From: Candidatus Poribacteria bacterium
Lineage (GTDB): Bacteria > Poribacteria > WGA-4E > WGA-3G
NCBI GenBank assembly: GCA_963663765.2
Contig: CAXXUA010000004.1
Coordinates: 992,001-1,056,000, forward strand
Direction: 5' to 3'
DNA: 64,000 bases
Positions within the stretch are counted from its first letter, which is position 1; the number at the start of each line of letters is the position of its first letter. This document shows positions 1 to 11,065 of this stretch, one piece after another. The translations under genes were made by a program, and so were the position numbers. Under the pieces are notes generated by a model. It was not told where the DNA came from. It was given only the letters and a program-made list of their open reading frames with translations, and did no database searches.

Positions 1-308
1 AATAAAAACGTATCATTTTACATAAGATTACATAAAAAATGTGGAGCAAACGACACCACAGTAAAACAGTATCGTAGAATAAAATGGAGGTATGTTTTTA
101 TGATCTAGTTGCGTGTATTGCATCGGAAACGTCCGCAGTGTTGAAGTAACTGAGACATGCGAATCTATATGATGCATAGGTGAAACGTTTTGATATTTAC
201 ACGAAAGTGTTGACCAATAAAGAATGGTGAGTGTCAACAATGAGTATGATTATCTTATACGTTGGTTGTATATTCTCTGTTATTCCTAAACTTTGTTATG
301 GGTCATCG

Positions 309-1112
309 TTATAGGACATCCTGATCTAGTTTCACTTCAACATCCTTATCACCTTCAGACATCTTCAATGTATATACTTCCATTAAGAACTTGTCATAGT
401 TGATTGAAGCGACACCTTCCATCTTATCTGCGATGGGTTTAGCGATGGTTCTTGCAAGTTGCAATCGTCGATTAGCAGTAAGTCCATCCCTGCGGTGAAA
501 GTATTCACGTATCATAGTCCATTCGCGTTCTGTCACCAGAATCAGTTTGATCCAGGATGAGTATAGCATCTCTTCCGTTGAAATTCCAATTGGTTTGTTA
601 GTATGATTTACACTTACACGGTTTGTTCTCAGGTAGGTTCGATTTGTTTTTACAACAAGTGTTCCTGCAGCCAAATCTCCTAAACGTTGCCAATTGGGAT
701 TCAACAACATCACTAACAATCCTGCCCCATAGAATAAGGGTAGAAAATCAACAATGCGCATAAGATTTCGGATTGCAGAGTCAGCGAAACTGATAGGATA
801 CCCACCCTCCTTTATAACACGTAGTCCGAGGGCAAGTTTCCCTGGTGATCGTCCATTTGTTATAACCTCAAACACCATAAAGTACCCCCAGAATATAGCA
901 AAGACAATAATCCCACCGATTGCACCTAACCAATTACCGAAAATAAACCCAAGTTCTCTGATAAAGTTGGAATTCACGTAAGTGCCGATGAATACTATGA
1001 AACAGAGTAATAGTGTATCAAGAATTGCAGCATAAAAACGGGAACCGATACCTGCTTTCTGATAATTAATGTTGATCTGTTCTGGAGTTTCTACTGACAA
1101 CTGGTCATACAT
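309..1112 (-). CDS. RDD family membrane protein
   Basis: N-terminal 'VETPEQI...AGIGSRFYAAILD', 'GRSPGK...LRV', 'RNLMRIVD', 'QRLGDLAAGTLVV' motifs; usual partner of SpoIIM/MoxR/DUF58 clusters. Confidence 0.9.
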   Translation of the reverse strand: MYDQLSVETPEQININYQKAGIGSRFYAAILDTLLLCFIVFIGTYVNSNFIRELGFIFGNWLGAIGGIIVFAIFWGYFMVFEVITNGRSPGKLALGLRVIKEGGYPISFADSAIRNLMRIVDFLPLFYGAGLLVMLLNPNWQRLGDLAAGTLVVKTNRTYLRTNRVSVNHTNKPIGISTEEMLYSSWIKLILVTEREWTMIREYFHRRDGLTANRRLQLARTIAKPIADKMEGVASINYDKFLMEVYTLKMSEGDKDVEVKLDQDVL

Positions 1113-1379
1113 TGTATAAAAATACTCTTCTTGTTTTAATCATGTGTGTATCATGATACCACATCTGAATATAGATTACATAGAAGAATTTAGGTAGAAC
1201 AAAAGTTGGAACGCTTCAGTATGTACTCTGTTTCTAAGGATCATTCGTACTTGACACTGCAAAACCTATGTGTTAACCTATACAAATGCAGTACTAACGA
1301 GTTAGGAGAATTAAAAAGTCTGAATTTATCCATTGTGTGCTTCGTTGCTATTGTTGCACTATAGCCTTGATAATATGAT

Positions 1380-2342
1380 ATGTCTTACGATTTTATTGAA
1401 AAAAAAAGACAGAATTGGAATGAATTAGAGGAATTGCTGAAGAAGAACCGTAGAGCAGATGCAAAAGATCTCAATCGTCTGGGATATTTGTATCATCGTA
1501 TTACCTCTGATTTAGCCATCGCGCGTCGTGATTTTCCACAAGCCCCATGTGTCAGATACCTGAATGAGTTGGCATCTAATGCGCACTCCAAGATATATTC
1601 AGCCTCGCCTCTGAAACGTGGTACATTCTTAGAGTTTCTTCGTTTCGGTTTTCCTTCTGTATTCCGCGAGAATTTATATTTTATCGGTGCGGCGTTTGTA
1701 ATATTTGTCCTTGCGTTCGCGGGTGCTTACATAAGCGCATTGAGAACACCAATATTTGCTGAAAGTCTTGTACCTGATAGTGTCGTATCTCATATCAAAG
1801 AGTTGGGGACAAGCGGTTGGAATACGACATCTGCAGAAGGCAGAAATCTCTTTGCTTCCTTTGTGATGACCAACAATATACGGGTTGCATTCCTTGCCTT
1901 TTCATGGGGTATCATGTTTATGGTCGGGAGTATCTATATTTTAGTGTACAACGGTCTATTAATTGGAGCTATTGCGGGGTTGTGTCATGTAAATGGTGTT
2001 GCATTGCAACTGTGGTCATTTGTGTCACCTCATGGTTACATAGAATTGACGACAATTTTTATTGCTGCCGGCGCGGGTATAAAATTAGGGTATTCGCTCA
2101 TTGCACCATCAACGTTGACTCGGAAACAGACCTTAGTAAATGCAGCAAAAACAGCGATTAAATTACTCGGTGGGTGTGTTGTCCTGCTTGTCATCGCAGG
2201 AATCATTGAAGGATTTGTATCACCCTCTACGTTATCAAATACAGTCAAAATAGGTTTTGGTACGTTGACTGGTGTTTTGCTGTTTACCTACCTTTTTGGA
2301 ATGAAATCTCATCAAGAATATCCTATAAGCATATCCAAATAA
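1380..2342 (+). CDS. Stage II sporulation protein M (SpoIIM/DUF95) family membrane protein
   Basis: 'W.ELE.LL', 'LY...SDLA.AR', 'TNNIRVAFLAF', 'PHG.IEL', 'AG.IEGFVSP' motifs. Confidence 0.9.
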   Translation: MSYDFIEKKRQNWNELEELLKKNRRADAKDLNRLGYLYHRITSDLAIARRDFPQAPCVRYLNELASNAHSKIYSASPLKRGTFLEFLRFGFPSVFRENLYFIGAAFVIFVLAFAGAYISALRTPIFAESLVPDSVVSHIKELGTSGWNTTSAEGRNLFASFVMTNNIRVAFLAFSWGIMFMVGSIYILVYNGLLIGAIAGLCHVNGVALQLWSFVSPHGYIELTTIFIAAGAGIKLGYSLIAPSTLTRKQTLVNAAKTAIKLLGGCVVLLVIAGIIEGFVSPSTLSNTVKIGFGTLTGVLLFTYLFGMKSHQEYPISISK

Positions 2343-2405
2343 TCACTTATATTTCATCACCAGAAATAGCACTTCCCGTAAAGAGTTCTCGGACTTCCGG
2401 AACTG

Positions 2406-3761
2406 TTATATTTTTGATTTTGCCTTCAGTTCTAAATACTTATTTACAACAGACATAGTCAGTTGATGAGCTGGTACATCAATTGTTATAACCCCTCGGC
2501 GACGCAGGATTTCTAAATTAGTGTGTTTATCATGTAACATTCGTTCTGCAATTGCTTTCTGATAGACAGTCTTAGAATTTGAGACAGTCTGTTTAGCCAA
2601 TTCAATGATACCTGAATCTGTTAAAGTAACACAGATTACAAGGTGATGTTTTGAATATTGTGAAACATAAGTAGCAATACCTTCAGCAGAATCCTTGTCG
2701 AGTATGTCTGTGAAGAGAATGACGAGTGCACGTTTTCGTTGTTTTGAGGAAAGAAAAGAGAACGCAGCTTCAAAGTCAGGTTCTATAGGATGAACCGGTA
2801 AAGCGAATATTGTTTCTAACATCGTAAGAAACTGCTTTTTTCCCGGTTTTGGGGATAGGTATTGATGAACAGTATCAGCAAATGCGATCATCCCAACCTT
2901 ATCACCTTTCAACATTGAAACATAAGCTGCCATAAGTGTTGCATTTATAGCGTAATCTAATTTTTGCATTGCTTTTTGAGATTCAGAGTCTGTGTCTGTT
3001 GTATATGATGTATCTAATAGAATTGGAGATGCCATTAGTCGTCCAGTATCTAACATTATTACAATATCTTGACTTCGTTCAGTTTCAAATTCTCTGACGA
3101 TCGGTTTTTGGTGTCGTGCAGTTGCTTTCCAATCAATGCGCCGAAAGTCGTCATCAGGTAGATATTCCCGCAGTCTTTCTATTTCTGTACCTTCACCAAA
3201 TAATCGTGAATTCTTAAGACCTAATCGGTGCAGCATACCTCGTTTCACTAACAGCTCATACTGACGAACTGCCTGTAGGTTCGGATATACCTTTATCTCT
3301 GTTTGAGCGGGAAATGTATAATGTCTAATAACCAAACCTAAGACACCCCAACAGCGAACATGGATATCTCCAAATTGATAAATACCGCGCCGCAATGGTG
3401 TTAGGTGGTAAGATAACTCAGCATCCTGTGAACGTGAAACCAGTATATCATGTATGACATCATCATATAAGAACTCAGAAGGATAATCGTCCTTCAGACG
3501 CAATTTTAAAAGATGATGTGTAGGGTTGTTTATACGCAATGTAACCACATTTTTTACTCCCAAGGAAAATTTATTGTTCATTAATCGGTAGACTTGAACA
3601 TTTTTCAGGAGAGGATTTGTAGCATAATCAATAATACCGACAACAAGCAGTAATAGCAGATAAGCACCACTAACATATAACAGACTCGGTAAGACGGTGT
3701 ATAGCGCAATTGTAATAGAAACAGGTAACAGAAAAAAAAGGAACCGTTTGCTGATATGCAT
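2406..3761 (-). CDS. DUF58 (vWA-like) domain protein
   Basis: 'G.GTE.ERLREY.P.DD.RRIDWKATAR', 'LDTGRLM'; directly downstream of MoxR. Confidence 0.9.
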   Translation of the reverse strand: MHISKRFLFFLLPVSITIALYTVLPSLLYVSGAYLLLLLVVGIIDYATNPLLKNVQVYRLMNNKFSLGVKNVVTLRINNPTHHLLKLRLKDDYPSEFLYDDVIHDILVSRSQDAELSYHLTPLRRGIYQFGDIHVRCWGVLGLVIRHYTFPAQTEIKVYPNLQAVRQYELLVKRGMLHRLGLKNSRLFGEGTEIERLREYLPDDDFRRIDWKATARHQKPIVREFETERSQDIVIMLDTGRLMASPILLDTSYTTDTDSESQKAMQKLDYAINATLMAAYVSMLKGDKVGMIAFADTVHQYLSPKPGKKQFLTMLETIFALPVHPIEPDFEAAFSFLSSKQRKRALVILFTDILDKDSAEGIATYVSQYSKHHLVICVTLTDSGIIELAKQTVSNSKTVYQKAIAERMLHDKHTNLEILRRRGVITIDVPAHQLTMSVVNKYLELKAKSKI

Positions 3762-3768
3762 CTTAGTT

Positions 3769-4722
3769 TTATCGTGGAATTTCGACTTCTGTGAGTAGTC
3801 TGTCGATCACCCCATCTGATGTCAACCCTTCAATTTCTGCTTCAGGTTTTAGTAATATACGATGACGATAAACATGGGGTGCTAAGTATTTCACATCATC
3901 AGGTATGATATAGTCGCGTCCTTGAATTGCAGCATAGGTTTTGCTAGCTAACAATAGTGTAATTGATGCACGTGGACTTCCACCTAATACCAATTCATGA
4001 GAATTGCGAGATGCTTCTGCTAATCCGACAATATAGTTGAGAATTGACGGTTCTACCGTGATTGAACGTATGACTTCTTGACATTCCATAAGGGATTCAC
4101 TGTTAACAACACTTTCAATACCAGCTTCATCTAAACGGTTTGCATTAAAGCCTTGGTGGTAATTCATCAATATTTGCGTCTCTACATCTGGACCGGGATA
4201 GTCTACAAGAAGTTTGAACATGAACCTATCCAATTGTGCTTCTGGTAGTGGATATGTTCCCTCATATTCAATTGGATTCTGCGTAGCTAACACAATGAAG
4301 GGTAATGAGAGTTGATGTCTTATCCCATCAATACTAACTTGCTGTTCTTCCATACATTCAAGGAGCGCAGACTGTGTTTTGGCTGGTGAACGGTTGATTT
4401 CATCTGCAAGGAGTACATTCGTGAAAACGGGACCGTGCTTTAAGTTGAACTGATTTGTTGCCAAGTCATAAACGCTTGTTCCCACAATATCGGACGGCAT
4501 AAGGTCTGGTGTGAACTGAACACGACTAAACTTGCCAGAAACAATCATTGCTAATGTCTTAGCGATTAATGTTTTGGCTGTTCCTGGTACACCTTCTAAT
4601 AACACATGTCCACCTGAAAACAGGCTGACGACAACGAGTTCAAAAATTTCTGTTTGACCAACGATCACTTTATGTGACTCTTGTTTTATTTTTTCAAATA
4701 CTGTTTGTACTAAATTTTCCAT
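3769..4722 (-). CDS. moxR: MoxR family AAA+ ATPase
   Basis: Walker A 'GVPGTAKT', 'RVQFTPDLMPSD', 'DEINR', 'ATQNPIEYEGTYPLPEAQLDRF'. Confidence 0.95.
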   Translation of the reverse strand: MENLVQTVFEKIKQESHKVIVGQTEIFELVVVSLFSGGHVLLEGVPGTAKTLIAKTLAMIVSGKFSRVQFTPDLMPSDIVGTSVYDLATNQFNLKHGPVFTNVLLADEINRSPAKTQSALLECMEEQQVSIDGIRHQLSLPFIVLATQNPIEYEGTYPLPEAQLDRFMFKLLVDYPGPDVETQILMNYHQGFNANRLDEAGIESVVNSESLMECQEVIRSITVEPSILNYIVGLAEASRNSHELVLGGSPRASITLLLASKTYAAIQGRDYIIPDDVKYLAPHVYRHRILLKPEAEIEGLTSDGVIDRLLTEVEIPR

Positions 4723-4820
4723 AATCTCTATATGACCTACAAACTTGGGTACGGGTATACGTTCTGTTTGTTAAATGGATGATTAATCTATATTGATATT
4801 AGAAGGCAAACGGTTATTTT

Positions 4821-5933
4821 TCAACGCATTTTAGCATCTGCACGATATGTCTCAACCCGTTTTGCAATTTCAATTAGTTGCGTTTCAGATATATCCCCGA
4901 TTGAATCCAAGTCTTTTATAAGGTTTGTAAGTTGTGAATCTTCATCAATGAAACCTCGTAACACCAATTGTTCCATAAACGCTGACGTATCCAAATTTGG
5001 GTTGACACGCCATCGGCTGGCTATATCTGTTTTGAATTTTTCTCGTATGTGTTGCAAAATGTCTTTGCGTGTGTTTCCTTTCTGATATAAAGCAGTCATT
5101 GCATGGACATATTCTGTGCTGAAACGTCGGTGATTTGCTTTGATATTTAATGGTTCTCCGAATCTTCTTCCTCTAAGTGTCATAAAAACGAATAGGATTA
5201 GGCAGATATATACAGCAGCTAACCCCCAAGATGTTTTGAAGACGAAGTTCATAAATGCATTATTCGGATTTATACTTTTCGTATAATAGTTTGTTTCTGC
5301 CAGTCCGATGCGGGCACGGGAAGGTAATGTTGACATTAGGTTATAGAACAGCATAGCGTTTTCATCATGTCTCAATCCGTTTTTATCAAAAAGATATGCT
5401 GAGGTGCTGAAATATAAACGTCCATCCCCATCTTGAAGGGTTACCACGACAGCTTGATTTCCGACAACGTATAGGTTCGCTATATCTCGTTCATTAGTTT
5501 GAATGACAAAATATGCGCGTGGATGTATTCTGTCAACGGAGTTTGAAGGAAAAAACGGTTCATCCTCAGTTCTATTTGCGTATTCCAATCTATTTGATAA
5601 ACTCTTCAATTTTAATCCATAAACATCTGCGAATCTTTCCATCATTTTTTGATACCCACCGCTAATAATTAGTATACCACCATTTTTTACGAAGTTCTGT
5701 ATTTCTAACATTTCATCTTCGTTTGGTAGTTCAGCAAGTTCCTGAAGGAATAAAACATCATAGTTTTTCAATTGTGAAGGATATTGTTCAGAAATTAACG
5801 TCACACGAAATTTAAATTTCAGCATGATGTTATAAAGGATGCTACCTTCAACTAATGAATCACACGAATAAAGAGCGCATGATAACAACAAAACGATATA
5901 GATAGGAAAAGATAACTTGGAAATTTGCAGCAT
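4821..5933 (-). CDS. DUF4350-like membrane-anchored protein of the MoxR cluster
   Basis: GATase-like 'FVKNGG.LII', TM helix followed by 'GRRFGEP...EYV.AM..LYQK'; gene context. Confidence 0.7.
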   Translation of the reverse strand: MLQISKLSFPIYIVLLLSCALYSCDSLVEGSILYNIMLKFKFRVTLISEQYPSQLKNYDVLFLQELAELPNEDEMLEIQNFVKNGGILIISGGYQKMMERFADVYGLKLKSLSNRLEYANRTEDEPFFPSNSVDRIHPRAYFVIQTNERDIANLYVVGNQAVVVTLQDGDGRLYFSTSAYLFDKNGLRHDENAMLFYNLMSTLPSRARIGLAETNYYTKSINPNNAFMNFVFKTSWGLAAVYICLILFVFMTLRGRRFGEPLNIKANHRRFSTEYVHAMTALYQKGNTRKDILQHIREKFKTDIASRWRVNPNLDTSAFMEQLVLRGFIDEDSQLTNLIKDLDSIGDISETQLIEIAKRVETYRADAKMR

Positions 5934-5990
5934 TGTCTTCGTTTTTAAGATTTATCGTAGATTTATCGTAGATTTACCAAAATCTATTAC

Positions 5991-6617
5991 TTAAATCTTT
6001 TGTAATAAGTCTCTATAATTTGCAATAGTATCCGCATCACATGTTTTGTGTCCGTACCAAACATCATCAAAGACAGTCACAACTGTTCCGAACGTTTGCT
6101 GAAGATTAATGTCTAAATGGGCTTGATGTAGATATTCACGGTTTGTCATGCTTTTATCATAAGGTAGGATACCGCGTTCTTGCAGGTTTAAAATCGCGGA
6201 TAGATAGAGATAACGTAAAGCATCGCGGAAGTCATTTGCATTCTCAGCAGTATCAGCGTGAGCAAGCGCTGCCTTCTCTGTAGTCACCAGTTCACCTACA
6301 ATTTCAGTTTCTTTATCGTGTACCTCACTGATTATGTTCATACGTATCTGTTTAATGAAGAAGATGAGTACGATACCAATTGCTATAACTCCCAAAGGAA
6401 ATAATATGTACTTTAACTGAAATTGAGGTAAAGGTTTTGGGTTTAGCAACTTATCTAATTCGGTTTGATACTCTTTATAGGATAGTTTTGATTCCGATTG
6501 TTCCTTTGCTAATTCATCACGAAACATTTGTACTTCTGATGCGTATACCGATAGTATAATAAGGTTCATCATAGCCATGAAAAGTAAGATTCGAATACTG
6601 ATATTTTGTATGGTCAT
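5991..6617 (-). CDS. DUF4129 domain protein
   Basis: 'FRDALRYLYL', 'TNREYL', 'FDDVWYG' C-terminal motifs; context. Confidence 0.8.
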   Translation of the reverse strand: MTIQNISIRILLFMAMMNLIILSVYASEVQMFRDELAKEQSESKLSYKEYQTELDKLLNPKPLPQFQLKYILFPLGVIAIGIVLIFFIKQIRMNIISEVHDKETEIVGELVTTEKAALAHADTAENANDFRDALRYLYLSAILNLQERGILPYDKSMTNREYLHQAHLDINLQQTFGTVVTVFDDVWYGHKTCDADTIANYRDLLQKI

Positions 6618-6625
6618 GTTTCTTA

Positions 6626-7537
6626 TTAGGGATTTGGTATCTGGTCATCAGGAGTTGTAGCTTGCATTTCAAGATCATAAGCCTCTTTACGAATTCTCAT
6701 GTCAAAGTACAGAAGGGTGTAACCGATTGATAAGATGGGCATTGTTAACGCCTCAATGCTTGTAACAATAAATGACCAAAACAGATAAAGACCCCAACCG
6801 ATAACGTGCGGTGTAGGTTCAAGCATAAATACCATAGTTTCAAGGGTAGTAGCAGTAGCAAAGAAGTCGCCGGTTCCTGGAATCAAAAAGAATATAATAG
6901 CAACTGAAATTATCAGAATAATGTATATTATAAAATAGATCAGAAAAATGGCGAGAGTTATACCAAAAACACGCCACCAACTTCCCTTGACTAATTCTGA
7001 ACTGCGACGTAATGAATTCATTGACGACGATTCCTCTGACAGAATTGGCAGCGAATACAAGCACCAGCGAACTAAAAAATAGAACCCAAACGGGATACCT
7101 ATGATTGTAATTGACAAACCGCCGCAAACCAACACATATATAAAGAATGCTCCGAACAGGATTAAATAACGACGCAACGATTGTTGAACAGCTGATGTTG
7201 CATTTATATTCTTACCCAAAAACACATGTGCAGTCGCATACAATAAAGCACCTGTGATAAAAAGACCTAACAACGATATAAATATCATATTCATGATTTC
7301 CAGATTTCGTTGTGAAACCAGCGCTCCGCTTACTATACTCACGGAGACCCAATTTCTTATAATATCAAACCCATACGATATGACAAAATAAACGGTAGCG
7401 ATCATAAAATAAAGACGGAAGTGTTTACGATAGAGTGTAAACATTCCATCTAATATTTCTGTGAAATTCAAGGGCTGCAATGGAGGTAAGGTTTCTTGAA
7501 TATCTGTTTCTGGAACTATACTATTTTGTGTTTGCAT
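6626..7537 (-). CDS. Multi-pass membrane protein (GDPD-membrane-domain-like) of the MoxR cluster
   Basis: 'PL...EILDG.F.LYR', 'SLRRS.ELVKGSWWRVFG', 'LLYFD.RIRKE.YDL'. Confidence 0.75.
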   Translation of the reverse strand: MQTQNSIVPETDIQETLPPLQPLNFTEILDGMFTLYRKHFRLYFMIATVYFVISYGFDIIRNWVSVSIVSGALVSQRNLEIMNMIFISLLGLFITGALLYATAHVFLGKNINATSAVQQSLRRYLILFGAFFIYVLVCGGLSITIIGIPFGFYFLVRWCLYSLPILSEESSSMNSLRRSSELVKGSWWRVFGITLAIFLIYFIIYIILIISVAIIFFLIPGTGDFFATATTLETMVFMLEPTPHVIGWGLYLFWSFIVTSIEALTMPILSIGYTLLYFDMRIRKEAYDLEMQATTPDDQIPNP

Positions 7538-7622
7538 GTTTTCCTGATCTATGTAACAGATTTGTATGTATCTTTAGTTTATCTAATTTCGTGTTTTATT
7601 GCAAGGTATTGTAGGGCAGGGG

Positions 7623-8937
7623 CAGGGTTATTTAGTTTTAAAAACTCTCAGTTATCAAGTTAACTGCGAGTTTAGGTTTTGAAGCTAAGTATTTTATCTC
7701 ATCTGCTATACGCGTTATCCCAGCAAATCGCAACACTGCTAATGCTGTATTTCGCAAAGCAGCCATGATTTGTGGAATAGCACCGCATCGGACAGACGAT
7801 GCGTCTTCTCCAAGTTGTGTATCACGCATCCAATGCGACTTGTTCTCTATTGACCAATGCCCACGGCGTAGCTCAAGTAAACGTTGGGCAGAAGTTTCTT
7901 CGGGTGTCAGACTTGTAATACCATAATGGATTTTGGTTTTTTCTTCTCCTGTTTTCGTGTTTTTGTAAGTATAACGATATTGGAACACTTGTGCTATACC
8001 TGGCCAATCCAGATATGCGTTGAGACTTGTGCTTGCTTTCAAACACCTTGTCTCTATTCTACCATGTGATTTTTCAGAAGTCTCGTGAGTGTAAATAGGG
8101 GCTCCCAATTTAGGATGTGGTGTGTTATCAGAAAGCGTGTCTGGAACGTCTTGAAAGAGTTTTTGGATCTCATCGTAAAGGTCCGGTTGGTTCTTTTTGA
8201 CAGGGAGCACATAGTCTCCATTACCCTCTATGATGGCGTGGCAGAATGGTCGCTGTGTCAAAAGTGCGTCTGTTGTGATGACTTTACCACTCACATCAAA
8301 GTTTTTGAGGATCTCTGTTGAGATCGGTATTTCGTTGGTTTTATCACTGACACCTTTTTGTGTCAGTGTGACGCCTAACTCATGAGACACAACAGAGAGT
8401 AAATGGCTTATTGTCGCACCACTTTTCTTACTGGCACGCATCGTTTTACCGTCTATAGCGACTGCGTCAAGACAACCTTCTAAATCAGGTCGATTTTTAC
8501 AAACGTCTTCTACCCAGTCTGTAAATGTCTTTTCAACAGCATCAGCATCTAAATCTTTTAGAACATTATGTATTGTTGCGGGACAAGGTGTTTTCTTGTG
8601 TGTAAAACCGAGTGTCCTTGCGAGGTTTGGTTGGGTTCGGGCCCAAGTTGCGATGGATGTATATCCTTTATGTCCAGTCATAAAACCAATAAGGACAAGT
8701 CCGAGGATTGAGTTCAGTGGGTGTCGTTTTCCTTTATTGTTGCGCGGGTCTTGAATTTCTGCTAATCTATCTAACAAGTGTCGAGAGTTTTTCTCTGGCA
8801 TTTTTCACCTCAAAGGTAAGATTTTTTAGGTGAAGTATAGCAGATATAGCGCGATAAATCACGCTATATCTGCATATCCAAAAATATTAACGATTGTGAT
8901 AAAAAACAACCAAAACTCCTAAAACTAAATAACCCTG
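7623..8937 (-). mobile_element. Complete ISAs1-family insertion sequence
   Basis: Perfect 18-bp terminal inverted repeats CAGGGTTATTTAGTTTTA (7623-7640, 8920-8937); 9-bp target duplication GGGCAGGGG (7614-7622, 8938-8946); intact transposase inside. Confidence 0.92.
7638..8801 (-). CDS. ISAs1 family (H-repeat) DDE transposase
   Basis: 'DPR...KRH.L', 'AIDGKT.R', 'KTNEIP', 'T.DAL.TQ', 'VKKNQP.L', 'HGRIETR', 'R.HW.IEN.SHW.RD..LGED'. Confidence 0.95.
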   Translation of the reverse strand: MPEKNSRHLLDRLAEIQDPRNNKGKRHPLNSILGLVLIGFMTGHKGYTSIATWARTQPNLARTLGFTHKKTPCPATIHNVLKDLDADAVEKTFTDWVEDVCKNRPDLEGCLDAVAIDGKTMRASKKSGATISHLLSVVSHELGVTLTQKGVSDKTNEIPISTEILKNFDVSGKVITTDALLTQRPFCHAIIEGNGDYVLPVKKNQPDLYDEIQKLFQDVPDTLSDNTPHPKLGAPIYTHETSEKSHGRIETRCLKASTSLNAYLDWPGIAQVFQYRYTYKNTKTGEEKTKIHYGITSLTPEETSAQRLLELRRGHWSIENKSHWMRDTQLGEDASSVRCGAIPQIMAALRNTALAVLRFAGITRIADEIKYLASKPKLAVNLITESF

Positions 8938-9081
8938 GGGCAGGGGTGTGTAAAGTTTTTGGCAGATGTGTTGTCAGATTCACGGATTACTCGAATAAAA
9001 CAGGAACCTTACGTATTATGTCTGAATCACAGAGGACACAGAATACGCGGAATGTGTTTTTTTTGCATCATTACCCTCTTG

Positions 9082-9265
9082 GTAGGAGCGACCTTCTGGT
9101 CGCGACCGTAAGGATACAATGAATCAAAACGGTCGCGACCAGGAGGTCGCTCCTACCAGCGCGGTGGACGGTCGCGACCAGAGGTCGCTCCTACCGAAGA
9201 GAGAAACCCCCTGCCAGTAAACAGTAGAATTCCTTAATGAGACAAGATTTATTTGAATTGGTATT
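9082..9265. repeat. REP-like palindrome cluster, family A (GTAGGAGCGACCTCCCGGTCGCGAC)
   Basis: Three copies in both orientations; the same family recurs at about 16.3-16.6, 40.8-41.4, 52.4, 52.8 and 56.1-56.7 kb. Confidence 0.8.
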
Positions 9266-9361
9266 ACTATGCGTCCTGCCCCAAGCACACTGCCAGAAGT
9301 GGTTACCAAATGTCACCTTATTTTCAAACGACGCGAACTGGTCGTATAAGACCTATTTCTT

Positions 9362-10786
9362 TCACAATGTGTGTGCAGAGAGATTGTTGGCAATGGTGAG
9401 TCGTCTTTGCCTTGTAAATGTTCGGGGACGGGTGTATCCTTCTCCAGTTGGTCCGGCGATTGTCATTGCCAAGAAACCTTCACCTTCCAGACCACAACTG
9501 GCATAAGAGGGTGCATTCACGACGACAACAGAACAGTTCATCGCCTTGTTGTATTGCGTAATACGAGCGGTGTTATTCGTGTGTAGCATCGCGGTGTGTC
9601 CACGTCCACCATCTGCTGCGACAGCACCTTTGACCGCTTCATCAAAATCACGCACACGGACAACTGGTAATATCGGCATAAGATATTCGTTGATAACAAA
9701 GCCATGATCCGCAGGAACTTCCACAACAATAGCGACCGTCTGTGCAGGTGCAGAAATACCAGCAGCGTCCAAGATAGTACTTGCATCTTTACCGATGTAT
9801 TCCTTGTTGGATTCTCCATTCTGTGTGACGACAGCCTCAAGGGCTTCGCGTTGGCTTGCACTGAGGAGATGTCCACCGTTTTGAGTCAATTCACGGATAG
9901 TCTCGTTAGCGACAGATTCGACGACAAATAGAGCCTTTTCGCCAATACAAAGTAGGTTGTTGTCAAAACTTGTTCCTGCAATAACATGCCTTGCGGATTT
10001 TGGAATATCAGCAGTTTCGTCTATGATAGCAGGCGGGTTGCCTGGACCTGCGGCGATAGCCTTCTTACCACTTGACAATGCTGCTTTCACAACACTTGCA
10101 CCGCCAGTTGCTACAAGCATTGCGATGTCGGGATGGTCCATAATTTGTTTTGCTGTACGGAGTGTCGCGTTTGCAACAGAGGTTAGCAAATTCGGTGGTC
10201 CTCCTGCCTTCACAATGCCTTCGTTAATCACATGCATGGTTTCTTCCGTACATTCACGAGCATTCGGATGTGGACTAAATACTACGGCATTGCCAGCAGA
10301 AATCATGATAATCGCATGGTTTATCACTGTTGAAGTTGGATTTGTGGTGGGAGTAATAGAATTTATGAGACCAAACGGTACATATTCAATCAACAACGTG
10401 CCGTCATCTCCGGACATTGACTCCGAGATAAGGTCTTCCATGCCAGGTGACAAGTTGACAGCACCTTCGTTTTTCATCACCTTATGTTCAGCATTCCCCA
10501 TTTTTGTCTCTTGAACTGCCATGTCTGCAAGTCGTTTTGAGTTCTCAAGCGAAACCTGTTTTATTGCCTCAATAAGTTCACGTCTTTTAGCAATTCCAAG
10601 TTTTGTGAGCGCTGCTTGTGCTGTTTTTGCTGCACTAATAGCCTCCTCAACTGTAGAAAAAACACCTGACTGTGAAGAACTTGAACTCTTTGCTGTAGGG
10701 GGTACAGCAACCTTTACATCATTTTGTAGTGTTGTTAAGACTTGCGAAACAATTTGTTCAATCTGTTTCTCATCAATTTGTGCCAT
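9362..10786 (-). CDS. Acylating aldehyde dehydrogenase, EutE/PduP type, with N-terminal BMC encapsulation peptide
   Basis: 'P.TNP.ST', 'ATGG..VV', 'AGPGNPP', catalytic 'FDNNLLCIGEK', 'GPTGEG.T..RTFTR.RR'; N-terminal amphipathic 'IDEKQIEQIVSQVL'. Confidence 0.92.
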   Translation of the reverse strand: MAQIDEKQIEQIVSQVLTTLQNDVKVAVPPTAKSSSSSQSGVFSTVEEAISAAKTAQAALTKLGIAKRRELIEAIKQVSLENSKRLADMAVQETKMGNAEHKVMKNEGAVNLSPGMEDLISESMSGDDGTLLIEYVPFGLINSITPTTNPTSTVINHAIIMISAGNAVVFSPHPNARECTEETMHVINEGIVKAGGPPNLLTSVANATLRTAKQIMDHPDIAMLVATGGASVVKAALSSGKKAIAAGPGNPPAIIDETADIPKSARHVIAGTSFDNNLLCIGEKALFVVESVANETIRELTQNGGHLLSASQREALEAVVTQNGESNKEYIGKDASTILDAAGISAPAQTVAIVVEVPADHGFVINEYLMPILPVVRVRDFDEAVKGAVAADGGRGHTAMLHTNNTARITQYNKAMNCSVVVVNAPSYASCGLEGEGFLAMTIAGPTGEGYTRPRTFTRQRRLTIANNLSAHTL

Positions 10787-11065
10787 TCAGCCCTCCAATA
10801 TTTCTATATAGGTATGCGCTGAAACCAAAATATGTTCGTCAGTATAGCATGGTTAACAACCACCGTAACACTGATTCACTTTCGGTCATCTGCATATCAC
10901 CACGGCTCTATTGTTGATATTTTCAATTCTTAAGTGTTGGGATGAATATATATTTATGAATACTTATGTAAATCGGTTAACGCGCTTTCGTAGTAATATG
11001 CATCATGCGCGTTCCCCGTTGGCGCGATACTTATATCGCGCCAAGATCCAACACCGATAAGGGTT

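Noticed and set aside
309-7537. RDD/SpoIIM/DUF58/MoxR/DUF4350/DUF4129 cluster as a novel system
   Set aside because: This is a widespread, already recognised gene neighbourhood with no unusual feature here
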